Positions 1-9,616 of a stretch of DNA of 53,613 nt are shown one piece after another; the first letter of the stretch is position 1, and every line of letters starts with the position of its first letter. This stretch comes from Bacteroidota bacterium (GTDB lineage: Bacteria; Bacteroidota; Bacteroidia; Bacteroidales; PWNQ01): positions 1 to 53,613 of the forward strand of contig JBNJHE010000002.1 of the NCBI GenBank assembly GCA_051748205.1, written 5' to 3'. The notes under the pieces are model-generated. The model did no database searches and was not told the origin of the DNA. It worked only from the letters and a program-made list of their open reading frames with translations. Position numbers and translations under genes: made by a program.

Positions 1-753
1 TATAAAAAATCGCGCCCGGTGCATTGCATTATTCATCTGGAAGGTAACCTCGCCAACCCTGAAATCGTTCCGGATATTGAACTGCCCCAGGCTGATGAGA
101 TTACCCGGCAATTGTTGCGTACCGTACTGTATGTTAATCAAAACCAGGTTAATCAACAGGAGATGAACCGGCAGTTTGTGGGATTGCTGGTATTGAATAG
201 CTTTTTTCCGCCTGCCGACTTAACAGGAGCATCCGGTGGGGCAAATATAGATTATGCCGGCCTCGGAATTACCAACTCTACCGATATCCTGACTAATCAA
301 CTGGGGAACTGGCTTTCTCAGATTAGTGATGTTAATGTTGGCGTTAACTATCGTTCTGGTGATGATATCTCAACCGAACAGCTGGAGGTGGCCTTATCTA
401 CTCAGCTCTTTGATGATAAAGTCTCCATTAGTACTAATGTTGGGGTTGGTGGAAATGAAGTAAGCGAACAGGCTGCACAAAGCGAAGAAACATCCAATAT
501 CGTTGGCGATGTTAATGTAGAATACACTATCAATGATAAAATCAAGCTCAGAGCATTTAATCAACATAATAGTTCCAGTTATCTTGAGGAGAAGGGCCCT
601 TATACACAAGGTGTTGGGGTTTTCTACAGGAAGGAGTTTGATAAGTTTTCAGAATTATTTAATCGTCAGAAAGAAAAAGAAGAGAAGGAAAAGCAGAAAA
701 ATTCAACCAATCCTACTAACGGTACTTCGTCTGATCAGAAAGAGAAAAAGTAA
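1..753 (+). CDS. C-terminal fragment of a TamB-like translocation/assembly module protein (5' end lies outside the window)
   Basis: The frame is open from base 1. It has beta-rich G/N/V/S segments (NVGVNYRSGDD, LEVALSTQLFDDKVSISTNVG, VNVEYTINDKIKLRAF) typical of the DUF490/TamB C-terminus in Bacteroidota, followed by a K/E-rich tail. Motif recognition only. Confidence 0.55.
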   Translation, partial: YKKSRPVHCIIHLEGNLANPEIVPDIELPQADEITRQLLRTVLYVNQNQVNQQEMNRQFVGLLVLNSFFPPADLTGASGGANIDYAGLGITNSTDILTNQLGNWLSQISDVNVGVNYRSGDDISTEQLEVALSTQLFDDKVSISTNVGVGGNEVSEQAAQSEETSNIVGDVNVEYTINDKIKLRAFNQHNSSSYLEEKGPYTQGVGVFYRKEFDKFSELFNRQKEKEEKEKQKNSTNPTNGTSSDQKEKK

Positions 754-823
754 GTATATTGTGTGTGTAACCTCCTTGAATTGGTTTTTCTTTTCTATTT
801 TCGTGCCCTAAGAATGATCAACC

Positions 824-1924
824 ATGAGTAAAACGAAAGAAATCATAGAAAAGGAAGCTTTTAGCCATAGAAATCTGGTTTACCTGCTGGGAGTAAAAGG
901 AGAGGAGCGCAAAGAAATTTTTTCCCGTGCGTCCGAAATTAAAAAACGCTATGTTGGGAATAAAGTCTATTTCCGTGGCTTAATCGAATTTTCAAATATC
1001 TGTGCCAAGAATTGTTTCTATTGCGGCATTCGTCGTGGAAATGGTTCTGTAGACCGCTATTACCTGACAACGGAAGAGGTTGTAGAGGCAGCAATGTTTG
1101 CATGGAAAGAAGGTTATGGCTCACTGGTGATACAGTCGGGCGAACGTAAAGATAAATGGTTTGTCAACCGTATTACTGACCTTCTGCAAAAAATTTCCGA
1201 AGCGACGAATCATGAATTGGGCATCACATTGTCGATGGGAGAGCAGACGGAAGAAACCTATAACCGCTGGCGTGAGGCTGGCGCTGATCGTTATCTGATC
1301 CGTATCGAAGCTTCCAACCAGGAACTGTATCATAAAATCCATCCCCATGATGAAATCCATAGCTATACAAAGCGCCTGCAAGCATTGAAGTTACTGCAAA
1401 AGACAGGATATCAGACAGGGACAGGGGTGATGATCGGACTGCCTTTTCAAAGTCTGGATAATCTTGCTGACGATTTGTTGTTTTTTAAGGATTTTGATAT
1501 TGATATGGTAGGGATGGGCCCTTATATCGAACATGAACATACTCCGCTGTATGCGTATAAGAATCAGCTGCTTCCTCAACAAGAGCGCTTCGACCTCAGC
1601 CTGAAAATGGTTGCTTTGTTGAGAATTATGATGAAAGATGTCAATATTGCTGCCACCACAGCAATGCAAACTCTGGATAAAATGGGGCGCGAGAAAGCTT
1701 TAAAGGTAGGTGCCAATGTGATGATGCCCAATATCACACCCGTGCGCTATCGCGAAGGTTATCTGCTTTACGAAGATAAACCCTGTCTGGATGAAGAGGC
1801 TGAAGATTGTAAATCGTGCCTTGAAGCCAGGATTCATATGGCCGGTGACGAAATTGCCTGGAAGGAGCAAGGGAACCCAAAACATTTTTATAAACGAACC
1901 GGACAAAAAAGCAAGGAAGAATAA
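824..1924 (+). CDS. hydE: Radical SAM enzyme, HydE/BioB/PylB-like ([FeFe]-hydrogenase maturase HydE-like)
   Basis: The N-terminal cluster motif FSNICAKNCFYCGIRRGN (CxxxCxxC) closely resembles the HydE signature. Length is 366 aa with TIM-barrel-like periodicity. Confidence 0.55.
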   Translation: MSKTKEIIEKEAFSHRNLVYLLGVKGEERKEIFSRASEIKKRYVGNKVYFRGLIEFSNICAKNCFYCGIRRGNGSVDRYYLTTEEVVEAAMFAWKEGYGSLVIQSGERKDKWFVNRITDLLQKISEATNHELGITLSMGEQTEETYNRWREAGADRYLIRIEASNQELYHKIHPHDEIHSYTKRLQALKLLQKTGYQTGTGVMIGLPFQSLDNLADDLLFFKDFDIDMVGMGPYIEHEHTPLYAYKNQLLPQQERFDLSLKMVALLRIMMKDVNIAATTAMQTLDKMGREKALKVGANVMMPNITPVRYREGYLLYEDKPCLDEEAEDCKSCLEARIHMAGDEIAWKEQGNPKHFYKRTGQKSKEE

Positions 1925-1941
1925 GACAGGCTTATAAGGCT

Positions 1942-4185
1942 TTAGGAAGTTTGTTCACTGGCAAAAAAGCCTGCCATAGCAAAACGAATATCACTGTAGG
2001 AAAATTCATCCCCCAATACGGCTTTTATTGCGCCAGCCTGAGAGTCGTTAACGGCCTTGTAAGCTAAAATTATCTGTTTGTATTTTTTCCTGTCCACAAA
2101 ATCAGTGGCGGGAATTAATCCTTTGGCTACGTGTTGTGCCAAGTGATTTTCAATGGTGCTTATAGCTAACCCGCGTTCTATAGCAATTTCTTCTATGCTT
2201 TTCTTTTCCTGATAAAGCTCATAACTAATGGCTGCAGATGCACCTTTGACCTGTTTCTTCTTTTTTTGCTTCAGGTTAACAGATATTTGTTTCTCTCGTT
2301 GCTGATGCTCGTTTTCCAGCTTTTTTTGTATGGTGTCGAGGCTTTCACGCGTCATTTCCTTGTCTTGTTCAAGCGACTTAATTAGTTCGGTGGCTTTATA
2401 AAGTTTTTTTATCTGCCGAAAGAATGTGCTCTCGAGCGATGTAAGCTCCTTTATGTATTTTTTCGTCCCTTTGGCGTTTTCCAGCGTGCTAATATGTTTG
2501 TTGATTGCATCAGAAAATTGATTGAGTTCTTTTTCAAAATAGTTTTTTGCTGCTTCACAGCGTTCTTTTATCTCAGGAAGCCTGGTTTCATCAGCCTGAT
2601 AAGTCAGCCTTTTGATTTCCCTTTGAAAGATGTTTGCTGTTTTTTGATGGGGTTCAATTTTTTTTATTAAATCAGCAGCCCACGCTTGATGATTTTGTTT
2701 TACTGACAGCCCTTTGGTTTTATTGTATGACTTAAGGTGTTCAAATAAAGCACTTTTAAGGTAGCTCAAGTTAAAGGTTTCCAGCAAAAAGCGCTGCATA
2801 TACCTAAACGATTCCTGTCTTAGGTTTTCGGACAGATGTTCGGTAGAGCGTTTTTCCTGACTAAACTTTCTCAGGCGCCGGTCTGGTTCAATTCCGGTCG
2901 AGGGGATAGGATTTAGTAGTATCAGGCCTTTCAGGCTGCGAAGGCGCGAGAGGGCCACATAAATCTGCCCCGGGGCAAAGGCTTTGGAAACATCGATGAT
3001 GGTTTTATCAAAGGTGAGTCCCTGACTTTTATGGATCGTGATGGCCCAGGCTAATTTCAGAGGAATATGCGTGAATTTCCCCAGCTCTACTTCCTCAATT
3101 TTGCCGCTGTTTTCATTTAAAGAATAGCGCTTGTTATACCAGGTGTACTCTTCCACATCCACAGGCTCGCTACCATCATCAAAAGCTACTGTAATAGAGT
3201 CGTTGTTCAGACTTTCTACCCTGCCTATTTTCCCATTGTAATAGCGCTGCTCGCCGCTGTAGTCGTTTTTGAGAAACATCACCTGAGCGTCTTTTTTTAG
3301 CTTCAGGGTTTCCTCCACAGGGTAATAATAATCCGGGAAATCACCTTCTATACGCGCATGGTAGTTGTAGTGTTTCCCTGCAATTTCATTTAACCGTTGC
3401 TGGTTGATCGTATCGGCCTGGCGATTGTGTGTTGTCAGGAAAACAGCCCCTTGCTGCTGTTGCTTTTTTAGTTGAGGATAGTGATACTGGTTCAGCGTGG
3501 CAATGTCATTCTGATCGAGGCGGTTTTCCCTGAGGTGGGCCAGCAGCTCGATAAATTGTTGGTCTGTTTGTCTGTATATTTTTTCCAGCTCAATATAAAT
3601 CGGCTTGCTTTGCTGCAAGGCAAGTGCATCAAAAAAGTAGGCACTTTTATAATACTTTGACAGGTAGGGCCATTCATCATGTTTGACAACCGGGGGGAGC
3701 TGCAGCATATCTCCAATCATTAAAAGCTGTACCCCGCCCATGGGGGTGTGCGCCTGTCTTTTGACTATCCTTAGCACCAGGTCAATAGCGTCCAGGGTGT
3801 CGGCTCTGAGCATGCTCACTTCGTCTATGATAAGGAGTTCCATCTCTCGTAGCATTTGCCTTTTACTGTTGTTCATGCGAAACTCTTTTCTTACACTATC
3901 TGCCGTGTTGATGCGTTCATTGACCTCGGCCTGAAAAAGCCCCTGGTTTGTAGGAAGAAAACATCCAAACGGTAGCTGGAATAAGCTGTGTAAGGTAACA
4001 CCACCGGCATTGATAGCGGCTACTCCTGTGGGGGCTGCCACAATGGCATTTTTGTGCGTTCGTTTGACAATATCCTTTAAAAATGTCGTCTTTCCCGTTC
4101 CGGCTTTCCCCGTTAAAAAAATATGACGGTTGGTGTTGTTAACGTAGGACGCAGCTATAGAGGCTGTTGTTTGTTCGCTTTCCAT
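1942..4185 (-). CDS. PIF1/RecD-family ATP-dependent DNA helicase with coiled-coil spacer and C-terminal helix-turn-helix domain
   Basis: It has Walker A GKAGTGKTT, Walker B LIIDEVSM, the GDMLQLPPV motif and ITIHKSQGLTFD, all hallmarks of SF1B Pif1/RecD helicases. A K/E-rich central region follows. The C-terminal segment (SIEEIAIERGLAISTIENHL) is HTH-like. Confidence 0.75.
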   Translation of the reverse strand: MESEQTTASIAASYVNNTNRHIFLTGKAGTGKTTFLKDIVKRTHKNAIVAAPTGVAAINAGGVTLHSLFQLPFGCFLPTNQGLFQAEVNERINTADSVRKEFRMNNSKRQMLREMELLIIDEVSMLRADTLDAIDLVLRIVKRQAHTPMGGVQLLMIGDMLQLPPVVKHDEWPYLSKYYKSAYFFDALALQQSKPIYIELEKIYRQTDQQFIELLAHLRENRLDQNDIATLNQYHYPQLKKQQQQGAVFLTTHNRQADTINQQRLNEIAGKHYNYHARIEGDFPDYYYPVEETLKLKKDAQVMFLKNDYSGEQRYYNGKIGRVESLNNDSITVAFDDGSEPVDVEEYTWYNKRYSLNENSGKIEEVELGKFTHIPLKLAWAITIHKSQGLTFDKTIIDVSKAFAPGQIYVALSRLRSLKGLILLNPIPSTGIEPDRRLRKFSQEKRSTEHLSENLRQESFRYMQRFLLETFNLSYLKSALFEHLKSYNKTKGLSVKQNHQAWAADLIKKIEPHQKTANIFQREIKRLTYQADETRLPEIKERCEAAKNYFEKELNQFSDAINKHISTLENAKGTKKYIKELTSLESTFFRQIKKLYKATELIKSLEQDKEMTRESLDTIQKKLENEHQQREKQISVNLKQKKKKQVKGASAAISYELYQEKKSIEEIAIERGLAISTIENHLAQHVAKGLIPATDFVDRKKYKQIILAYKAVNDSQAGAIKAVLGDEFSYSDIRFAMAGFFASEQTS

Positions 4186-4242
4186 GGTATCTTATTTGTT
4201 CATTAAAGATACTATTTTTTTTTGACAAATAAACTAAAAATA

Positions 4243-4292
4243 AAAAAAACGTGGAGATATCCATTGATTTTTAATCTTGAGATATCTCCACG
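4243..4292 (-). terminator. Rho-independent terminator downstream of the TonB-dependent receptor
   Basis: A perfect 12-bp stem (cgtggagatatc at 4250-4261 and gatatctccacg at 4281-4292) is followed on the minus strand by a U-run, seen as the A-run at 4243-4249 on plus. Confidence 0.7.
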
Positions 4293-4317
4293 GAGAAAAA
4301 ATGTGCTGGAATATGTG

Positions 4318-6783
4318 CTAAAATTCCATGTCTATGTCTTCGCCCTGTTCTTGACGTTGCTGCGCTTTGCGTTTGTAATTGTTGATTTTGTATGTTACCC
4401 CCAAGGATATTCGTGGAATCGAATTAATGTGTTCCATTTTAACGTAATAAGCTTCCTGATCGGTGATAATCTCACGTCCTCGGGTTCCAAAGATATCATG
4501 TACACGAAAAATCAGATTTAGTTGGTCATCCATTAAGTCCTGACGCAGAGCTGCAGAAGTCATAAACATATCCCCACGGGTTCCGGTTGAGGTGATGGAA
4601 GGTCCGGAATAAAAAGCGGTAAGTTGCAGTCGCATCGACTTCGAGATATTAATGTCAGTGTTACCCCTTATATTCCAGGTATTGTCCTGTCGTACCTCAT
4701 CCTTATCGTCATAGATCTTGTAATTGTAGATAGTTCCGGAAGTGTTGATCTTTAGCCAGCTTGTAATGGGAAGGTTCAGCATTAGTTCTGATCCCAGGGA
4801 CTGATCCTTGTTGACATTTTGAAAGGTCATCATAATAATGCCTGGATCATCAGGGTAGAGTTGCGGAACACGTTCAATGCGGTTATTGGATTGGCGGAAA
4901 AAAGTCTCGAAAGAAAGAAATCCTTTCTTAAAATAACGCAGGTAGGTTAGCTCATAGCTGTCTGTATATTCGGGTTCCAGATCTGGATTTCCTTTACGCA
5001 GGGTATACTGATCACGATAGCTGAGGAAGGGATCCAAATACCAGCCTCTGGGGCGATTGATGCGCCTGGAGTAACTGGCCATTAACTGATTCTCATCATT
5101 GAATTTTCTGGATAGATGCAGGGAAGGAAATAAATCAAAACGGTTGATTCCATAAGTCTCTGAAGTATCCCGGTTGCTTAACTCACGGTCTGTATATTCA
5201 CCCCTGAGGCCAGCTTTCATATCCATAAAAGAGAACTTTTTTGAATAGATGATATATGCTGCCTGTATGTTTTGATGGAACTCAAAGCGGCGGTCGGCAA
5301 ATTCGCCCATGTCAACGCCTCCTCCTGCGAAATCATAGCCATCTAAATGATAATCAATATTGTCGCTATTGTATTTCGACTGTAGGCCCATCTCCAGCTT
5401 GCCGGTTTTTCTGATAGGCAGGGTGTAGTCGGCATTAAAGCGAAAACGATACGAGTCTTCGTCTTCCGATGTTTCTATACTGTTATCCGGATTTTCATCT
5501 GCTTTGTAGTCTGCACCAGTAATAAAGGTTTCCTGATTGTCAATTTCGTCATTATCCCGCCGACTAAAAAAGCCGGATAATTCAAGCTTCTGACCATTTT
5601 CATCGATCTTATAATCATAACTAACTGTTCCTTCCCAGTATAAGCCCGAGCGTTCAAACATGCTTTTATCTAAGGCATAGGAGGGGGATGTTGAAGGATA
5701 GTTGTCAAAGCTTGTATAGTTTTCTGTTTCAGAGTCCATGGAGTGGCCAAAGGTGTATTCCCCCAGTCGGGTTGAAAAGGAAAGCGTTTGCTCATCATTA
5801 ATATAATAATCCATTCCTGCCTGGGCTGATTTTCCTCCACGACTCCATATTCTGTCACGCTCCGAGGATATCATTATGGTTGAAGTGTCGCCATAGGTCT
5901 CACGGTCCATGATGGCATCGGAATAATAGTTTCTTTCACTATATTCAGCTCCTACATACCAGTTGAAGTTTCCGGTGCGGTAGTTTAATAAAAAATCACC
6001 TTTATAGGTGTCCTGGTTGCCTGCAGAAGCATTGACAATACCATTAAAGCCAGTGCGCTTGCGCTTTTTCATCACCAGATTAATGATGCCTGAACCGCCT
6101 TCAGGATCAAATTTTACGGATGGATTTGTGATAATCTCTATACGTTCGATGCTGGAAGCCGGTGTTTGCTTTAGTACGTCGTTGGCATCCAGTGAAGTCG
6201 GCTTGCCGTCGATTAAAACAGTGAAGGAACTACTGCCTCGAAGTGATACATTGTCTTCGATATCGACTTCTACAGATGGAGTATTCTGTAAGACATCAAC
6301 AGCACTGCCTCCCGAAGAACTTAAGTCTTTCGCTACATTGATTATTTTACGGTCAATTTCATATTCAATACGATCTGTTGTGCCGACAACCTCCACGCCA
6401 TCAAGCTCCCTGCTGGATGAACTTAGTCGGATGACACCTAAATCAACCACAGGTGATTTTCTGCTTATTGTAATATCATCGATGGTTTTTTTATGAAAAC
6501 CAATGAAATTTACCTGTATATAATAATTGCCAGGCTTTACTGCGCTGATGGTGAAATTGCCATCTTCTTTTGTGATGGTGCCAGTAATTAATACAGAATC
6601 TTTTACCCGGTAGAGCGCTACATTGACAAACTCCATGGGTTCCTGATGACTTGCATCAATGACGCTTCCTTTTACTATTCCCTGGGCCATACGCCCCCCT
6701 TCACTATCTGCTGAGGTCTGGGCTGTAGACTGTATCGCTATCCCTGATATCAGAAGCAGACTGATGAAAATTTTTTGTAACAT
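4318..6783 (-). CDS. TonB-dependent outer-membrane receptor with N-terminal carboxypeptidase-regulatory-like domain
   Basis: It has a signal peptide (MLQKIFISLLLISGIAIQSTAQ), a CarbopepD_reg-like segment (VKGSVIDASHQEPMEFVNVALY), a plug region, a long beta-barrel with alternating Y/G/D strands, and a terminal aromatic F. Confidence 0.8.
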   Translation of the reverse strand: MLQKIFISLLLISGIAIQSTAQTSADSEGGRMAQGIVKGSVIDASHQEPMEFVNVALYRVKDSVLITGTITKEDGNFTISAVKPGNYYIQVNFIGFHKKTIDDITISRKSPVVDLGVIRLSSSSRELDGVEVVGTTDRIEYEIDRKIINVAKDLSSSGGSAVDVLQNTPSVEVDIEDNVSLRGSSSFTVLIDGKPTSLDANDVLKQTPASSIERIEIITNPSVKFDPEGGSGIINLVMKKRKRTGFNGIVNASAGNQDTYKGDFLLNYRTGNFNWYVGAEYSERNYYSDAIMDRETYGDTSTIMISSERDRIWSRGGKSAQAGMDYYINDEQTLSFSTRLGEYTFGHSMDSETENYTSFDNYPSTSPSYALDKSMFERSGLYWEGTVSYDYKIDENGQKLELSGFFSRRDNDEIDNQETFITGADYKADENPDNSIETSEDEDSYRFRFNADYTLPIRKTGKLEMGLQSKYNSDNIDYHLDGYDFAGGGVDMGEFADRRFEFHQNIQAAYIIYSKKFSFMDMKAGLRGEYTDRELSNRDTSETYGINRFDLFPSLHLSRKFNDENQLMASYSRRINRPRGWYLDPFLSYRDQYTLRKGNPDLEPEYTDSYELTYLRYFKKGFLSFETFFRQSNNRIERVPQLYPDDPGIIMMTFQNVNKDQSLGSELMLNLPITSWLKINTSGTIYNYKIYDDKDEVRQDNTWNIRGNTDINISKSMRLQLTAFYSGPSITSTGTRGDMFMTSAALRQDLMDDQLNLIFRVHDIFGTRGREIITDQEAYYVKMEHINSIPRISLGVTYKINNYKRKAQQRQEQGEDIDMEF

Positions 6784-6838
6784 AATGTTTTCTTCGTTTC
6801 TTTTTCTTGTGTGCTTTTGTTGACACTTTAGGGTCTGA

Positions 6839-6846
6839 CAAAATTA
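6839..6846 (-). promoter_or_regulatory. Bacteroidetes -7 promoter box for the TonB-dependent receptor
   Basis: The minus strand reads TAATTTTG (TAnnTTTG), 55 nt upstream of the ATG at 6783. A second identical box is at 6881-6888. Confidence 0.35.
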
Positions 6847-7082
6847 CTTGTTAAAACTTGCGTTTAGAAATAATATTTTACAAAATTATAATTATTTAAC
6901 ATATAATATTAAATCAACTATGTAAATATATTTTTCCCGGTTTCATTGTGGCAGAAAAAACATTTTTAAAATGGTATTGTTTAATGAGTTTGATTATAAA
7001 ATAAGGTGATTTTTGCCCGGGGTGTTTATTATCAAAGGATAAGACGCGAATATTTCCCTGGATTTATACTTAAAAGATGTAT

Positions 7083-7223
7083 GAGGCCGGACTAAAAAGC
7101 CTTCAAACTGCTGATTTTTATCGTTTTTCCCCTAAGCCCTAAAGGGAGACCGCTAAAAATAAGCAGTTTGAAAAAGTCCCCTTCAGGGGATTTAGGGGTC
7201 TTGAGGCTTTTTAGACCGCACTC
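7083..7223. mobile_element. MITE-like non-autonomous palindromic element (141 bp) with imperfect terminal inverted repeats and a 6-bp flanking direct duplication
   Basis: Terminal IR: gaggccggactaaaaagccttcaa versus the reverse complement of cttgaggctttttagaccgcactc. Second IR: actgctgattttta / taaaaataagcagtt. A perfect ATGTAT lies on both flanks (7077-7082 and 7224-7229). There is no ORF inside. Confidence 0.45.
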
Positions 7224-7387
7224 ATGTATTTGATTATGGAATTAATGGTAAAACAGCGTATTTTATTATAGTGTTGGTCTATAATGTCCGATATTTGCGT
7301 TGGTGCTCGTTTTTTCACATCAAATAACCTGATGATATGGCAAAATAATATTAGGAGAAAAGCATTTGCTAATTCAACAAACTTTTA

Positions 7388-7395
7388 TAGCTTTG
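7388..7395 (+). promoter_or_regulatory. Bacteroidetes -7 promoter box for arcC-argF
   Basis: TAGCTTTG matches TAnnTTTG, 16 nt before the ATG at 7412 and 40 nt before the ATG at 7436. Confidence 0.45.
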
Positions 7396-7435
7396 CAGTT
7401 CTCAAAAAAAAATGTATAAAACACACAAAATCAAA

Positions 7436-8383
7436 ATGGAAAATAAATTAGCAGTAGTTGCATTCGGTGGGAACGCACTTCTTCGTGGAGATCAGAAAGG
7501 AACCATAGAAGAACAGGAATCGAATGTATATGATACATCTACGCATTTAGTGCAATTAATTGAAAAGGGATATGATATTATCATTGGCCATGGCAATGGA
7601 CCTCAGGTGGGTAATGTTTTATTACAGCATGAGGCCGGCCAAAAGATCTATGGCATTCCGATGATGCCCATGGATATCTGTGTAGCAGAGACTCAGGGCG
7701 CGATTGGTTTGATGATCGAACAGCAGCTTCGTAATGTTTTAGCCAAACATGGAATCAAAAAGAACATAGTTACCATGGTGTCGGAAGTTATCGTAGATAA
7801 GAATGATCCGGCGTTTAAAAATCCGACGAAGCCGGTAGGGCCATTTTACACAAAGGAAGAAGCAGATAGTTTGACTGCAGAAAACGACTGGGTATTTCAT
7901 GAGGACCCCCGGGGCAGAGGATGGCGCCGGGTTGTGGCATCTCCTGTGCCTGTTAAAGTAAATAATCGCGAAATTATTGAGCGGCTGGCCCGCGAAGGTA
8001 ATATTGTGATTACTGTCGGAGGCGGAGGCGTTCCGGCTTATGTTAATGATCAAGGTGAAACCGTTGGTATTGATGCAGTCATTGATAAAGATCTTGCATC
8101 AGCTCACCTGGCCGGCAACATCAAAGCTGATGAATTTTATATTCTGACTGATGTCCCGCAGGTCTATATCAACTTCAATAAGCCCAATCAAAAAGCATTG
8201 TCCGAAGTAAAAGCGGATGAAATTCAAAAATATTTACACGAGGGACACTTTACCGAAGGTTCTATGGCCCCCAAAGTAAGAGCAGGCTTGCATTTTATTG
8301 ATAAAGGCGGTAAAGCCTGTACCATTACCATGGCCGATAAACTGGGTAATGAAAATGCCGGCACAACCATCATTAGAAATTAG
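7436..8383 (+). CDS. arcC: Carbamate kinase
   Basis: AVVAFGGNALL and GHGNGPQVG motifs are present, and the length is about 315 aa from MENKLAVVA. An alternative in-frame ATG lies at 7412. Confidence 0.9.
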   Translation: MENKLAVVAFGGNALLRGDQKGTIEEQESNVYDTSTHLVQLIEKGYDIIIGHGNGPQVGNVLLQHEAGQKIYGIPMMPMDICVAETQGAIGLMIEQQLRNVLAKHGIKKNIVTMVSEVIVDKNDPAFKNPTKPVGPFYTKEEADSLTAENDWVFHEDPRGRGWRRVVASPVPVKVNNREIIERLAREGNIVITVGGGGVPAYVNDQGETVGIDAVIDKDLASAHLAGNIKADEFYILTDVPQVYINFNKPNQKALSEVKADEIQKYLHEGHFTEGSMAPKVRAGLHFIDKGGKACTITMADKLGNENAGTTIIRN

Positions 8384-8407
8384 TAGTCATTTTAAAACCT
8401 TATAATT

Positions 8408-9409
8408 ATGGCATTCAACTTAAGAAATCGTAATTTTTTAAAACTTTTGGATTTTACACCAAAAGAGATGAAATATCTGCTTGAATTGTCAGCAGATTTA
8501 AAAAAAGCAAAATATGCAGGCACTGAACAACAAAAATTAAAAGGCAAAAATATTGCATTGATTTTTGAAAAAGCGTCCACCAGAACACGTTGTGCTTTTG
8601 AAGTGGCTGCTCTGGACCAGGGTGCACATGTTACTTATCTGGGCCCTACCGGATCGCAGATAGGGAAAAAAGAATCCATGAAAGATACAGCCCGTGTACT
8701 GGGGCGTATGTATGACGGAATCGAATATCGTGGCTTTGGACAGGAAGTGGTAGAGGACCTGGGAGCTTATGCCGGCGTTCCAGTTTGGAATGGGCTAACC
8801 AATGAGTTTCACCCAACCCAAATTCTGGCCGACTTTCTCACTATGATGGAACATAGCGACAAGCCGCTTCATCAGGTCTCTTTTGCTTACCTGGGAGATG
8901 CGCGTAACAATATGGGGAATTCGCTGCTGATAGGTGCAGCGCTGATGGGTATGGATTTCCGCTCCGTAGCTCCAAAGCAGGTGCAACCGGAAAAAGAACT
9001 GGTGGAAAAAGCCAGAGAAATTGCTAAAGAAACCGGCGCTACCATTACTGTTACTGATAAGGTGGAAGAAGGTGTTAAGGGATGTGATTTCCTTTATACT
9101 GATGTCTGGGTGTCTATGGGAGAACCCGAGGAAGTTTGGAAAGAGCGTATTGAACTCCTGAAACCATATCAGGTCAATACCGGGCTGCTGGAGAAAACAG
9201 CCAATCCCAAAGTGAAATTTATGCACTGTCTGCCTGCTTTCCATAACCGTGAAACACAGGTTGGTGAAGAAATATTCCAGAAATTTAACCTGAATGGTAT
9301 GGAAGTTACTGAAGATGTGTTCGAATCCGAAGCTTCTATCGTGTTTGATGAAGCTGAAAACCGCTTGCATACTATTAAAGCTGTTATGGTTGCTACTCTA
9401 GGCAGCTAA
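8408..9409 (+). CDS. argF: Ornithine carbamoyltransferase (ArgI/ArcB type)
   Basis: Canonical blocks are present: STRTRCAFE (carbamoyl-phosphate binding), [16 protein letters not shown] and HCLPAFH. It lies 24 nt downstream of arcC, which suggests a catabolic role. Confidence 0.9.
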   Translation: MAFNLRNRNFLKLLDFTPKEMKYLLELSADLKKAKYAGTEQQKLKGKNIALIFEKASTRTRCAFEVAALDQGAHVTYLGPTGSQIGKKESMKDTARVLGRMYDGIEYRGFGQEVVEDLGAYAGVPVWNGLTNEFHPTQILADFLTMMEHSDKPLHQVSFAYLGDARNNMGNSLLIGAALMGMDFRSVAPKQVQPEKELVEKAREIAKETGATITVTDKVEEGVKGCDFLYTDVWVSMGEPEEVWKERIELLKPYQVNTGLLEKTANPKVKFMHCLPAFHNRETQVGEEIFQKFNLNGMEVTEDVFESEASIVFDEAENRLHTIKAVMVATLGS

Positions 9410-9432
9410 CTGCAGGGATTTTATAAGAACTC

Positions 9433-9475
9433 GCTCACCATAAGTGTCAACACTTTTTGGTGAGCTTTTTTTTTT
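9433..9475 (+). terminator. Rho-independent terminator after argF
   Basis: An 8-bp stem (gctcacca at 9433-9440, tggtgagc at 9458-9465) is followed by a 10-nt T-run. Confidence 0.7.
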
Positions 9476-9588
9476 GCTGAGTTTTATCTTTTTTATCCTT
9501 GAGCTTATTATTAATCCGGTAGATGCTTCTATTCCATTGACCCAAATATGGCCAAGCCACTTTCTTGTCATTGCTTGAAAAAAATATC

Positions 9589-9596
9589 TACTTTTG
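9589..9596 (+). promoter_or_regulatory. Bacteroidetes -7 promoter box for argS
   Basis: TACTTTTG matches TAnnTTTG, 20 nt upstream of the ATG at 9617. Confidence 0.45.
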
Positions 9597-9616
9597 CAGC
9601 CTAAAATCTGCTTGAT

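Noticed and set aside
4222-4521. A 99-aa plus-strand ORF crossing the terminator and the 3' end of the TonB-dependent receptor gene
   Set aside because: It overlaps a strong terminator hairpin and the receptor C-terminus, and it has a TTG start with no supporting signals.
6008-6496. A 162-aa ORF antisense to the TonB-dependent receptor, and similar long antisense ORFs at 8795-9370, 10661-11065, 27405-27881 and 32550-33080
   Set aside because: All are fully embedded in strongly supported genes on the other strand and have no recognisable motifs.
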